Assembly: GCA_026128965.1 (NCBI GenBank)
Contig: JAHCIY010000002.1
Location: forward strand, 1,384,108-1,448,107
Length of the DNA: 64,000 nt
Reading direction: 5' to 3'
Source: Labilithrix sp.
GTDB taxonomy: Bacteria; Myxococcota_A; Polyangia; Polyangiales; Polyangiaceae
Shown here: positions 26,672-35,869 of the stretch, piece after piece
How positions within the stretch are numbered: position 1 is the first letter of the stretch
Layout: each line of letters begins with the position of its first letter
Position numbers and translations under genes: made by a program
The notes under the pieces: generated by a model
Databases searched by the model: none
Told to the model about the DNA's origin: nothing
Seen by the model: only the letters and a program-made list of their open reading frames with translations

Positions 26672-27856
26672 TCAGAGGGCCGCTTCCATGGCGCGGAATC
26701 CCCGGTCGAGGTCCTCCTTCAGGTCCTCCACGTCCTCGAGGCCGACGCTCAGCCGGATGAGCCCGTCCCCGATTCCCAGGTCTTTCCGGGCCTCCGGCGT
26801 CAGGCTCGCGTGGGTCATGATGGCGGGGAGCTCGGCGAGGGACTCGACCCCACCGAGGCTCTCGGCGCACGTGAAGACCTGGAGCGCCTTCAGGAACGCG
26901 GCCGAGGGGGCGGTGCCTTTGCTCCCGACGCGGAGGTCGAACGTGATCATCCCGCCGGGGCCCTTCATCTGCTTCGCCGCGACGGCGTGGCCGCCGTGCT
27001 CCTTCAGGCCGGGGTAGAACACCTTCGCGACGAGCTTCTGCTTGCCGAGGTGCTCCACCAGCGTCTGCGCGCTCTGGACGTGCTGGCGCATGCGCACGCC
27101 GAGCGTCTTCAGCCCGCGGAGGACCATGTAGCAATCGAACGGGGAGGGGACGCCGCCGGTCGACTTTTGGAGGAAGCGGACCTTGTCCGCGAGCGCGTCG
27201 TCGCTCGTGAGGACGGCGCCGCCGACGACGTCGGAGTGGCCGTTCAGGTACTTCGTGGTGGAGTGGACCGCTACCGCCGCGCCGAGGTCGAGCGGGCGCT
27301 GCAGCATCGGCGTCGCGAACGTGTTGTCGACGACGAGCACGGCGCCCGCCTTCTTCGCGACGTCGGCGACGGCGGCGATGTCGATGATCTTCAGCATCGG
27401 GTTCGAGGGCGTCTCGAGCCAGATCATCTTCGTGTTGGGGCGCACCGCCTCGCGGACCTTCGCCGGATCGCTCATGTCGATGAACGACGCGTCGAGGCCC
27501 CACTGCTTCATGACCTTGTCGAAGATGCGGAACGTGCCGCCGTAGACGTCGTCGCTGCACAGCACGTGGTCGCCGGTCTTCAGCGTCATCAGGAGCGCGG
27601 TCGTCGCGGCGCACCCGCTCCCGAACGCGAGCCCGTGCTTCGCGCCTTCGAGGCCGGCGAGGCAGCCCTCGAGCGCGGTGCGGGTCGGGTTACCCGCGCG
27701 CGAGTAGTCGTACGGTCCGCGGAACACGGCGGGCCCGTCCTGCGCGAACGTGCTCGCGAGGACGATCGGCGTCATCACCGCGCCGTGGTTCGGATCGGGC
27801 TCCTGCCCGGCGTGGATGCAAAGCGTGTCGGGCCTCAGCGTGCTACCGGCGGACAT
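26672..27856 (-). CDS. Cystathionine gamma-synthase/lyase (Cys/Met-metabolism PLP-dependent enzyme)
   Basis: 394 aa. …NPTRTALEGCLAGLEGAKHGLAFGSG…VVHSTTKYLNGHSDVVGGAV… The PLP-lysine context TKY is typical of the MetB/MetC/CGL family. Confidence 0.9.
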   Translation of the reverse strand: MSAGSTLRPDTLCIHAGQEPDPNHGAVMTPIVLASTFAQDGPAVFRGPYDYSRAGNPTRTALEGCLAGLEGAKHGLAFGSGCAATTALLMTLKTGDHVLCSDDVYGGTFRIFDKVMKQWGLDASFIDMSDPAKVREAVRPNTKMIWLETPSNPMLKIIDIAAVADVAKKAGAVLVVDNTFATPMLQRPLDLGAAVAVHSTTKYLNGHSDVVGGAVLTSDDALADKVRFLQKSTGGVPSPFDCYMVLRGLKTLGVRMRQHVQSAQTLVEHLGKQKLVAKVFYPGLKEHGGHAVAAKQMKGPGGMITFDLRVGSKGTAPSAAFLKALQVFTCAESLGGVESLAELPAIMTHASLTPEARKDLGIGDGLIRLSVGLEDVEDLKEDLDRGFRAMEAAL

Positions 27857-27865
27857 GCCGCCTCA

Positions 27866-28576
27866 TTAGCACAGGAGCATCCGCGCGGATGCGGGACGCG
27901 CGGCCGGATCGAAGGCCAAGAGACGCGCGATCTGTGCCGGTGCGCCGGCGGGGACGACGAGCGGCTCCTCCGCCGCGACGGCGAGCAGCGCGGGAAAAGA
28001 GTCGCCCGCGCGCGGCCGCTCGCCCGTCAGCGCGTGGAGCAACGACGCGCCCAAGGAGTACAGATCGCTCTCTACGGTGGGCCGCTCTCCGCGCGCGACC
28101 TCGGGCGCCGCGTACTGCACGGTCCCGCGGAACGCGCCGTCGTTCGGCGGGTGGCTGTCCCGCCACCACGCGAGGTCGAAGTCGAGGAGCACCGCGCGAT
28201 CGCCGGCGTCGTCGATCGCGAGGTTCGCGGGGCTCGGGTCGGCGTGGACGACGAGGAGGGGCCCCGCATCGTCGGCGGCTTCGTGGAGCGCGGCGAAGGC
28301 GCGGAGGAGCGCGTCGGTCGCGCGCTCGACCCAGGCGCGCGGGAGGGCTCCGTCGCGCGCGATGCGCTGGGCGAGCGTCGGCATCGCGATCCGCTCGACG
28401 CGGTGCCAGGGCCCGCGCGCGTCTCTTCCGCGGGCGAGGAGGCGGGGCGCGACGCCGAGCGGCCCGAGGCGCTCGAGCAGCGAAGCCTCCGAAATCAGGC
28501 GGTTTGCTGCCTCCGGGACGTCCCGTTCGCGGGGCGAGAGTCTCTTTTCGAAGAAGGACGCCGATTCCTCGATCAT
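27866..28576 (-). CDS. Atypical protein-kinase-like protein (possible pseudokinase / phosphotransferase)
   Basis: HADPSPANLAIDD (HxDxxxxN-like) and DFD instead of DFG. No Gly-rich loop. ATG at 28574-28576. The remainder of the 578-aa track ORF is an artefact. Confidence 0.55.
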   Translation of the reverse strand: MIEESASFFEKRLSPRERDVPEAANRLISEASLLERLGPLGVAPRLLARGRDARGPWHRVERIAMPTLAQRIARDGALPRAWVERATDALLRAFAALHEAADDAGPLLVVHADPSPANLAIDDAGDRAVLLDFDLAWWRDSHPPNDGAFRGTVQYAAPEVARGERPTVESDLYSLGASLLHALTGERPRAGDSFPALLAVAAEEPLVVPAGAPAQIARLLAFDPAARPASARMLLC

Positions 28577-28615
28577 CGGGGTTGCCGATCCGGCCTGCTG
28601 CGCCAAGGTAGGGCC

Positions 28616-29773
28616 GTGCCGAAGCTCGCATCGTACTCCTTCGCGCTGGCGTTGCTCCTCGCCGCGTGCAGCGCAGCCGAGCTGAGCACGCCGCGCGGCG
28701 GCGGCGGCGCGCCGACGGGCACGTCGACGAACCCGGCCGAGGACGAGGATCCCGACGCGCCGGCGTCCGGCAAGGACAAGAAGAAGACGCCGTCCGCGGG
28801 CGACGACGACGACGACGACACGGGCGAGGCGCCGCCCGATCCGCAGCCGGTCACGCTGCGCATGACGAGCGCGGTCACGATCCAGGTGCAGCCGGTCGAC
28901 TCCGGCGCCGCGATCCTCGCCGCGATCAAGGGCGCGAAGAAGAGCGTCCACATGACGATGTACCTCCTCACCGACACCAAGGTCATCGCGGCGCTCGGCG
29001 ACGCGAAGGACGGGGGCCGCGACGTGAAGGTCGTCCTCAACAAGTCGTTCCCGACCAACGGCGGGAGCAACACCGCCGCGTTCGACGCGCTGACGGCGCG
29101 CGGCGTCGACGTCGTGTGGTCCTCCGCGACGTACCGCTACACGCACGCGAAGACGATCCTCATCGACGGCGAGAAGGCGATCGTCATGACGATGAACCTC
29201 ACGCCCTCGAGCCCGAAGACGAACCGCGAGTACATCGCGACCGACGTGGACCCCGCCGACGTCGCCGATCTCGAGAAGGTCTTCGCCGCCGATCGCGCGG
29301 GCGAGGCGGTCTCGCTCGGGTCGAAGCTCGTGCTCTCTCCCGACGGCACGAACACGAACGGCGCGCCGCGGGACTTCCTTCGTGCGTTCATCGACTCGGC
29401 GCAGACGTCGCTCGACGTCGAGGTCCAGACGCTGAGCGATCGCTCGCTCGTCGACGGCATCCTCGCCGCGCACAAGGCGGGCAAGGACGTGCACGTGGTC
29501 ATCGACGGCGACGTGAGCACGACGAACGCGCAGCTCACGGTCATCTCGAAGCTCAAGCAGGCAGGGGTGCCGCTCAAGTCGCTCAAGACGCCGGACCTCC
29601 ACGCGAAGGTCATCGTCGTCGACGGCGCGAAGCTCTTCGTCGGCTCCCAGAACTTCACCGCCACCGCCCTCGACGACAACCGCGAGGTCGGCATCTTCAC
29701 CGACGCCGCAGCCGAGGCCGCGAAGGTAAAGACCCAGATCGCCTCCGACTTCACGAAGGGCGTTGAGCTCTGA
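28616..29773 (+). CDS. Phospholipase D-family (HKD) lipoprotein
   Basis: GTG start. Lipobox LLLAAC. Two HKD motifs (HAKTILIDGEKA… and HAKVIVVDGAKLFVGSQN). Acidic, Lys-rich linker. Confidence 0.8.
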   Translation: MPKLASYSFALALLLAACSAAELSTPRGGGGAPTGTSTNPAEDEDPDAPASGKDKKKTPSAGDDDDDDTGEAPPDPQPVTLRMTSAVTIQVQPVDSGAAILAAIKGAKKSVHMTMYLLTDTKVIAALGDAKDGGRDVKVVLNKSFPTNGGSNTAAFDALTARGVDVVWSSATYRYTHAKTILIDGEKAIVMTMNLTPSSPKTNREYIATDVDPADVADLEKVFAADRAGEAVSLGSKLVLSPDGTNTNGAPRDFLRAFIDSAQTSLDVEVQTLSDRSLVDGILAAHKAGKDVHVVIDGDVSTTNAQLTVISKLKQAGVPLKSLKTPDLHAKVIVVDGAKLFVGSQNFTATALDDNREVGIFTDAAAEAAKVKTQIASDFTKGVEL

Positions 29774-29793
29774 GTTTCACGATGGGTCCGCAC

Positions 29794-29898
29794 GGGGCCC
29801 CAGAAGCGGCCGCCCCAGCGGGCGCGAAGCGCCCCGAGCGCGAAGCGCGAGGGCCGTGTCTGGGGTGGGGGTGTCGGGGGCGAAGCCCCCGACGTTGA
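29794..29898 (+). repeat. REP/MITE-like palindromic element (copy 2)
   Basis: ggggccccagaagcggccgc…cgcgagggccgtgtctggggtgggggtgtcgggggcgaagcccccgacgttgag is near-identical to the core at 10346-10455. Confidence 0.8.
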
Positions 29899-29951
29899 GA
29901 GACCTCTTTCCGAATGGCGCGGAGAAGGGTATGGTCCCCGGTCGACACCAC

Positions 29952-30025
29952 GGTGGGTGTAGCTCAGTCGGTAGAGCGCTGGATTGTGGTTCCGGTTGTC
30001 GCGGGTTCGATCCCCGTCACTCACC
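29952..30025 (+). tRNA. tRNA-His (anticodon GTG) with genomically encoded G-1
   Basis: Manual fold. Acceptor GTGGGTG/CACTCAC. D-arm GCTC/GAGC. Anticodon stem CTGGA/TCCGG with loop TTGTGGT (GTG). T-arm GCGGG-TTCGATC-CCCGT. Extra 5' G pairs with discriminator C73. CCA is not encoded. Confidence 0.85.
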
Positions 30026-30032
30026 CCGCAAC

Positions 30033-30062
30033 GAAAGCCTCGCGAGAAATCGCGGGGCTTTC
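30033..30062 (+). terminator. 13-bp stem / GAAA tetraloop hairpin immediately 3' of tRNA-His
   Basis: gaaagcctcgcga-gaaa-tcgcggggctttc with one U·G pair. No U-tract follows, so it is a processing or termination hairpin. Confidence 0.4.
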
Positions 30063-30161
30063 GCGCACTTGACGATCGCGGTGGAGCGGCTCCGTGCGCG
30101 TTAGCGATTGTGTAGGCAGGAATCTCCGGGGTGGCTCCTGTGCTGAGCAGGCGAAGGAGAC

Positions 30162-30353
30162 GTGATGAGAGCAGCGGAGAACGTGACCCTGATGGTGCCG
30201 GTGATCGACGAGGTGTTCGAGGTGGAGGAGCCGTCCCCCGACTCGGCGCTCCCGCGCGCGCTTCGCGAGTCGATCCGCCGCGCGCCGGCGCGGGCGCGGC
30301 GCGGCTGGGTTCACCGCGAGATCCGCCGCTCGATCCGGCGCGTCGCCGAGTAG
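30162..30353 (+). CDS. Hypothetical small protein
   Basis: 63 aa. Strong RBS aggagac before GTGATG. No domain recognised. Confidence 0.3.
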   Translation: MMRAAENVTLMVPVIDEVFEVEEPSPDSALPRALRESIRRAPARARRGWVHREIRRSIRRVAE

Positions 30354-30409
30354 CTCGCCGCGATCTACGCCGCCGTGGCGCGGCGCCGCCGGAGTCGTAA
30401 GCTGGAGGC

Positions 30410-30859
30410 GTGAGACTCGCCGTCACCGCCCTCGCGTTCCTCGCGCTCGCGCTCGCGAGCGACACCGCGCGCGCGGACGCGCCGAAGGCGAAGGCGGACG
30501 CGATCGTGGGCGAGTGGCTCACCGCGAACGGCGAGGCGCGCATCCGCTTCGCCTTCGAGAACGGCGCCTACGTCGGGCGCATCTCGTGGCTCAAGACCGC
30601 GACGAAAGACGGCAAGCCCATCGTCGACGAGAACAACCCCGACCCCGCGCTCCGCTCACGCACGATGATGGGCGCCGCGATCGTCTGGAACCTGCACTTC
30701 GACGGCTCGGGCTACGTCGACGGCTACCTCTACGATCCCGAGCACGGCAAGACGTACAAGGGCAAGGCGACGGTCGAGAGCCCGACCCGCCTCGCGCTCC
30801 GCGGCTACGTCGGCATCCCGCTCTTCGGCCGCTCCGAGACGTGGACGCGCGTGAGCTGA
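30410..30859 (+). CDS. DUF2147-family secreted protein
   Basis: Signal peptide. IVGEWLTANGEARIRFAFENGAYVGRISWLK… and GKTYKGKATVESPTRLALRGYVGIPLFGRSETWTRV match the DUF2147 pattern. Confidence 0.7.
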   Translation: MRLAVTALAFLALALASDTARADAPKAKADAIVGEWLTANGEARIRFAFENGAYVGRISWLKTATKDGKPIVDENNPDPALRSRTMMGAAIVWNLHFDGSGYVDGYLYDPEHGKTYKGKATVESPTRLALRGYVGIPLFGRSETWTRVS

Positions 30860-30875
30860 CGCGCCACCTCCAAGC

Positions 30876-31898
30876 TCAATCCACCTTCCAGGCCTGCTTC
30901 GCCGTCTTCGCCGCGCGCTCGATGTCCTCGTGATCGACCTCGCGCGCGATCTCCATCGCGACGCCCTCGGTGATCCCGCGCGTCGCGGCGAGGAGGCCCG
31001 ACTCGAGCGCGACGAGGTCGTAGCCGCCCTCGAGCGCGAGCAAGAGTCGACCGTCCGCCGACGTGTCGGCGACGCGACGCAGCGCGCGCGCCATCCAGCC
31101 GAACGCGTCGGCCGAGAGCGCCATCTCCGCGAGCGGATCGCGCGCGGACGCGTCGAAGCCCGCGCTGATGATCACGAGCTCCGGCGCGTACTGCTCGAGC
31201 GCGGGGAGGATCACGCGCTCGAAGACGCCGCGGTAGACGCCGTCGCCGCCGCCGGCGGTGAGCGGCACGTTCACGGTGAAGCCCTCGCCTTCGCCCTCGC
31301 CGGTCTCGCGCACCGCGCCGGTGCCCGGGTAAAACGGGAACTGGTGCGTCGACACGTAGAGGACGTTCGGATCGCGGTAGAACATCTCCTGCGTCCCGTT
31401 GCCGTGATGGACGTCCCAGTCGATCACGGCGACGCGTGAGAGCCCGCGCGCGCGGGCGTGCGCCGCCGCGACGGCGACGTTGTTGAAGAGGCAGAAGCCC
31501 ATCGCCTGATCGGGCCGCGCGTGGTGGCCGGGCGGCCGCACGAGCGCGATCCCGCGCTTCACCGGTCCGTCGAGGAGCGCGTCGACCAGCGCGACCGTGC
31601 CGCCGGCCGCGAGCTCTGCGACCGCGATGCTCTCGGGTCCGAGGTACGTATCCGCGTCGATATAGCCTTCCTCGCCGCGGAGGCCGCCGAGCCACTCGAC
31701 GAACTTCGGGGTGTGCACGCGCGCGAGCTCGGCGGGGGTCGCCGGTCGCGGCGCCACCGGCGCGAACACGAGGCCGCCGTCGCGCGCGCGCTCGATCGCG
31801 GCCTGGGCGGCGTCGAGCCGCTCGGGGCGTTCGGGGTGGTAGGCAGCGGAGCGGTGCTGGAAAAACCGCGGATCCGAAAGGAGAAGCGCGTCAGTCAT
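30876..31898 (-). CDS. Histone deacetylase-family (AcuC/HDAC-like) amidohydrolase
   Basis: ATG at 31896-31898. HDAC motifs RPPGHHA, GFCLFNNVAVAA, IDWDVHHGNGTQ and ISAGFDA. The rest of the 817-aa track ORF is an artefact. Confidence 0.85.
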   Translation of the reverse strand: MTDALLLSDPRFFQHRSAAYHPERPERLDAAQAAIERARDGGLVFAPVAPRPATPAELARVHTPKFVEWLGGLRGEEGYIDADTYLGPESIAVAELAAGGTVALVDALLDGPVKRGIALVRPPGHHARPDQAMGFCLFNNVAVAAAHARARGLSRVAVIDWDVHHGNGTQEMFYRDPNVLYVSTHQFPFYPGTGAVRETGEGEGEGFTVNVPLTAGGGDGVYRGVFERVILPALEQYAPELVIISAGFDASARDPLAEMALSADAFGWMARALRRVADTSADGRLLLALEGGYDLVALESGLLAATRGITEGVAMEIAREVDHEDIERAAKTAKQAWKVD

Positions 31899-31991
31899 GG
31901 GTTGCCGCAGAAGGACGCCGAATGATAGCGTCGAGTCGCTTCGAAGCCTCGCGTCTGCGTGGGGTGGACGGAGAAAACAGGCCGGTACCGA

Positions 31992-33398
31992 ATGCGGAAC
32001 AAGATCATTGCAGTCAACGCCGTGATCGTCCTCATCGTAGGGCTGCTCGCCTTCGCGATCGTGAAGACGCAGCTCTCGCTCGCGACGGGCAGCACGGACG
32101 CGCTGAAGAAGAGCGCGCAGCAGGACGCGGTCGGCGTCGCGGCGAAGCTCCAGCTCGACGGGCTGCGCGCCGAGCGCTGGCTCGCGGCGAAGAGCGCCGA
32201 AAAAGCGACGGGCCAGTCGCTCAGCAAGGCGACGCAGGACGCGCGCGCCGGCGCGGCGCGGCAGCTCTCCGATCAGATCGCGAACGCGGCCACCGCCGCC
32301 CTCGGCGCGAAGCCGTCGTTCGCGGCGGTCGTCGACACGAACGGCAAGATCCTCGGCCGCAACGGCTCCGACCTCACCTCCGGCGACGACGTCGCCGCGA
32401 ACTACCCCGCCTTCAAGGAGGCGCTCGCGAAGACGTCGCCGGGCTCGGACATCTGGGTCGACGCGAAGCGCGCCGACCAGTACCTCGCCTCCTACGTCCC
32501 CGTTCGCGACGACAACGGACGCACGATGATGCTCGTCATCGGCGTCGGCCTGAACGACGCGCTCGCGCGATCGATCGCGGGCACGAGCGGCCGCGGCGTG
32601 CTCCTCGTCAACGACAAGGGCGAGATCATCTCGAGCACGCAGACGACCGACGAGGTGAAGGCGGCGGTCAAGGACGGCGCCGGCGACGTGAAGAACGCGC
32701 TGACGACCGGCACGGTCGTGGGCGGCGGCAACGGCAACGTCTACTTCGCGGCCGCGCCGCTCGACGGCCTCGGCCTCAAGCAGACCGCGGTCGTCGCGGT
32801 CGCGCCGACGACGCTGCTCGAGGGCACCGGCGCGGTGCCGTATTCGATCCTCGGCGCGATGGCGCTCGGCCTCGTCCTCGTCGTCGCGGGCGGCTGGTTC
32901 CTCGGCAACTACATCTCGCAGCCGCTCGCGAAGCTCGAAGAGGGCCTCCTCGCGATCCTCAACGGTCAGAGCGACAAGCGGTTCGACATGGACCACGCCG
33001 AGCTCGGCGGCCTCGCGTTCCGGATCGATCAGCTCCTCAACCAGCTCATGGGCGTCGAGGAGGACAACACCGACGAAGAGGGTCGCGTCTCGAAGGCGCC
33101 GGTCCCGGCCGGCGCGGCGCAGAACGCGTACGGCATCGACCCGAGCTTCGCCGGCGTCGTCCCGAGCTCGAACCCGGGCGTCGGCGAGCCGGCGGACCAG
33201 TACTACGCGCGACTCTACAACGAGTACATCACGGCGAAGCGCGGCCTCGGTGAGGCGGTCGACCAGATCACGCCGGACGTGTTCAAGAACCGCATTCAGA
33301 GCATGGAGCAGGAGGCGCTCGCGAAGCACGGCAAGCCCGTCCGCTACCAGGTCCAGGTGAACGGCCGCGAGGTGCAGCTCCTCGCCGTCGCGATCTGA
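31992..33398 (+). CDS. Membrane sensor-like protein (periplasmic Cache-like domain, HAMP-like linker, uncharacterised C-terminal domain)
   Basis: TM1 IIAVNAVIVLIVGLLAFAIV. ~260-aa periplasmic region. TM2 ILGAMALGLVLVVAGGWFLG. An amphipathic HAMP-like segment. No kinase, MCP or GGDEF output domain was seen. Confidence 0.6.
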   Translation: MRNKIIAVNAVIVLIVGLLAFAIVKTQLSLATGSTDALKKSAQQDAVGVAAKLQLDGLRAERWLAAKSAEKATGQSLSKATQDARAGAARQLSDQIANAATAALGAKPSFAAVVDTNGKILGRNGSDLTSGDDVAANYPAFKEALAKTSPGSDIWVDAKRADQYLASYVPVRDDNGRTMMLVIGVGLNDALARSIAGTSGRGVLLVNDKGEIISSTQTTDEVKAAVKDGAGDVKNALTTGTVVGGGNGNVYFAAAPLDGLGLKQTAVVAVAPTTLLEGTGAVPYSILGAMALGLVLVVAGGWFLGNYISQPLAKLEEGLLAILNGQSDKRFDMDHAELGGLAFRIDQLLNQLMGVEEDNTDEEGRVSKAPVPAGAAQNAYGIDPSFAGVVPSSNPGVGEPADQYYARLYNEYITAKRGLGEAVDQITPDVFKNRIQSMEQEALAKHGKPVRYQVQVNGREVQLLAVAI

Positions 33399-33438
33399 GA
33401 CCGAAACATTCGGCGCCGGCTCGGGGTTTCAGGACGAA

Positions 33439-34185
33439 ATGGGTCTCTTCGATATCTTCAAAAAGAACAGCGGCAAGGGCGACGGCGAGAAGAAGAAGCC
33501 GAGTTCGATCGCGAAATGGGCCGAGTACGCGGGCAGCAAGCGAGCGCAGGCATACGATCGCCAGGAGGCGATCCAGGAGCTCTCGAAGCAGGGGACCGCC
33601 GAGGCGGTGGAGGCGCTGCTCAAGCGCTTCACCTTCCAGATCGATCCGTCGATCACCGACCAGGAAGAGAAGGAGGCCGCGTTCGAGGGGATCCTGAAGG
33701 CGGGGCGCGAGGCGATCGAGCCGGTCCGCGCGTTCGCGATGAAGGCGGAGAGCATCAACTCGCCGCTCCGCGTGATGAAGTCGATCCTGGAGGAGGAGGA
33801 GCTCGTCGACGAGCTGCTCGTCTGGCTCTCGCGCTGGGACACCGAGTACGCGAAGTTCATCGATCCGAAGCTCCAGCTCCTCGAGGAGCTCGGCGAGCGC
33901 AAGCACCCGAAGATCCGCGAGGCGGTGGAGCCCTTCCTCGAGGACGCGAGCGATCCGGCGCGCTTCAACGCCGTCGTCGCGGTGCTCGCGCAGCAAGACG
34001 AGCGCTCGCTCGAGCCGATCCTCAAGCTGCTCCTCGACGAAGAGAGCACCCGCATCCGCGCGAAGATCGCGAACGGCCTCGCCGAGCTGGGCTGGGAGAT
34101 CCCGGACGACCAGCGCGATCCGGTGCGCAAGGTCCTCCCGCCCGAGTTCGGCATCGACGGCGAAGGCAAGATCAAGAAGCGCTAG
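33439..34185 (+). CDS. HEAT/PBS-lyase-like repeat protein
   Basis: Repeated …AIEPL/…ALG…D helical repeats. Acidic. Confidence 0.65.
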   Translation: MGLFDIFKKNSGKGDGEKKKPSSIAKWAEYAGSKRAQAYDRQEAIQELSKQGTAEAVEALLKRFTFQIDPSITDQEEKEAAFEGILKAGREAIEPVRAFAMKAESINSPLRVMKSILEEEELVDELLVWLSRWDTEYAKFIDPKLQLLEELGERKHPKIREAVEPFLEDASDPARFNAVVAVLAQQDERSLEPILKLLLDEESTRIRAKIANGLAELGWEIPDDQRDPVRKVLPPEFGIDGEGKIKKR

Positions 34186-34188
34186 CCG

Positions 34189-34872
34189 TCAGCGCACGAC
34201 CTTCATCCCGAAGAGCGGCGTCTTCAGCGCGCCGTAGAGGCGGACCCAGAGCGGCAGCCACATCTCGGTGCCGCGCGCGTTCGTGATGTCGCCGAGGTCG
34301 ATGACGTCCTTCCAGCCGAACCACTCCTTCAGGATGCGGGTGACCTCCGCCTTCGCGGCGGCGTCGTCCCCGCAGACGATCATCGTGTGCTCGCCGCCGG
34401 CGAGCTGCCGCGGATCGACCATCAGCGGCGCGGCCACGGTGTTGAGCGCCTTCACGACCTTCGTCTTCGGGAGCGCCTTCTGGATCCGTTCGCCGAGCGA
34501 GTCGGTGTTCGACACCGTGAGCGACGGCGGGAAGCCCTTCGAGAAATCGAGCGGGTTCGAGATGTCGATCAGGATCTTGTCGGCGAGGGCGTCGGCGCCG
34601 GCGCTCTCCAGCCCTTCGAGCGCGCCCGTGCCCGACAGCGCGTTGACGACGAGCGCGCCGTGTTTCGCCGCCTCCGCGTGCGTGCCGACCGAGACGCGCG
34701 TGTTCGTCTCGAGCCACGTGCGCAGCGGCGGGAGGCCCGCCATGTCCGGCTCGTTGCGCGCGAGCGTCGCCTTCACATCGCGGGTCCCGATCTTCACGTC
34801 GTGACCGTCTGCGCCGAGCTTGCCGGCGACGATCTTCGCGACGCTGCCCGTGCCGAGGACTCCAATCTTCAT
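34189..34872 (-). CDS. NAD(P)-binding oxidoreductase, NADPH-dependent F420 reductase (NpdG)-like
   Basis: MKIGVLGTGSVAKIVAGKL Rossmann motif. Resembles F420-dependent NADP reductase / pyrroline-5-carboxylate-reductase-like proteins. Confidence 0.7.
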   Translation of the reverse strand: MKIGVLGTGSVAKIVAGKLGADGHDVKIGTRDVKATLARNEPDMAGLPPLRTWLETNTRVSVGTHAEAAKHGALVVNALSGTGALEGLESAGADALADKILIDISNPLDFSKGFPPSLTVSNTDSLGERIQKALPKTKVVKALNTVAAPLMVDPRQLAGGEHTMIVCGDDAAAKAEVTRILKEWFGWKDVIDLGDITNARGTEMWLPLWVRLYGALKTPLFGMKVVR

Positions 34873-34958
34873 GTTCGTCTCTCCTTCCGGACGAAGAAGC
34901 TACGACCGCGACCCACGGTTGACCATGGCGACATCGTCAACATATCGTCAACTATAGG

Positions 34959-35858
34959 TTGACGATCCGGGCCGATCTCTTCGCGGGCATCCTCCCTTTC
35001 GTCCGCACGGCGGAGGAGAAGAGCTTCGGCCGCGCCGCGGTCAGCCTCGGCGTCACCACCGCCGCGGTGAGCAAGGCGGTCCGGAAGCTCGAAGAGGACC
35101 TCGGCGTGAAGCTCCTCGATCGCACCTCACGCGCGGTCACGCTCACGAAGGACGGCGCGGTCTTCCTCGAGCGCTGCCGCGAGGCGGTCCTCGGCGTCCA
35201 GGGCGCGCGCGACGCGATGAGCAGCGCCCGCCGCGAGCCGCACGGCGAGCTCGGCGTCACGTTGCCCTTCATCCTCGCCCCATTCGTGATCCCGAACCTG
35301 CCGCGGCTCGCCGCGCAGTACCCGCGCCTCTCCTTCCGGCTCCAGATCACGGACCGCGTCGCGCGGCTCCCCGATCCGCACCACGACGTCGCGATCCGGA
35401 TGGGCGCGCTCGCCTCCTCGAGCCTCGTCGCGCGCCTCCTTCGCAAGACGCGCTGGACCACGGTCGGCGCCCCGGCGTACCTCACGCGCCGCCCCGCGCC
35501 GCGATCGCTCGCCGATCTCGCGGCGCACAACTGCCTGCGCTTCGTGAGCCCGGACGGGAAGCCGCGCGACTGGTCGTTCGTCGACGGCGCCGCGCCGCGC
35601 ACCGTCCCCGTCCGCGGCAACGTCCTCGTCGACCACGGCGCCCACCTCCTCGCCGCGGCGGAGGCGGGGATGGGGCTCTGCCAGGTCCTCGACTTCATGA
35701 CCGAGCGTTCGCTGAAGGAGGGCGCGCTCGTCGAGGTGCTCGCGCCGTTCGCGGCGGAGGGGCCGAGCATCCACGCCGTCGCGACGCCGGCGCGCGCGAG
35801 CTCCGTGAACGTCCGCGCGTTCCTGCGTTTCCTCGTCGACGTCTTCCGGAAGACGTAG
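34959..35858 (+). CDS. LysR-family transcriptional regulator
   Basis: N-terminal HTH (FVRTAEEKSFGRAAVSLGVTTAAVSKAVRKLEEDLGVKLLDRTSR). Divergent from the oxidoreductase gene. Confidence 0.85.
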   Translation: MTIRADLFAGILPFVRTAEEKSFGRAAVSLGVTTAAVSKAVRKLEEDLGVKLLDRTSRAVTLTKDGAVFLERCREAVLGVQGARDAMSSARREPHGELGVTLPFILAPFVIPNLPRLAAQYPRLSFRLQITDRVARLPDPHHDVAIRMGALASSSLVARLLRKTRWTTVGAPAYLTRRPAPRSLADLAAHNCLRFVSPDGKPRDWSFVDGAAPRTVPVRGNVLVDHGAHLLAAAEAGMGLCQVLDFMTERSLKEGALVEVLAPFAAEGPSIHAVATPARASSVNVRAFLRFLVDVFRKT

Positions 35859-35869
35859 GCGCGCGCGCG

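Noticed and set aside
26810-29773. 987-aa plus-strand ORF as one protein
   Set aside because: Only the last ~385 aa (PLD lipoprotein, GTG start at 28616) are protein-like. Upstream is antisense to the metB-like and kinase-like genes.
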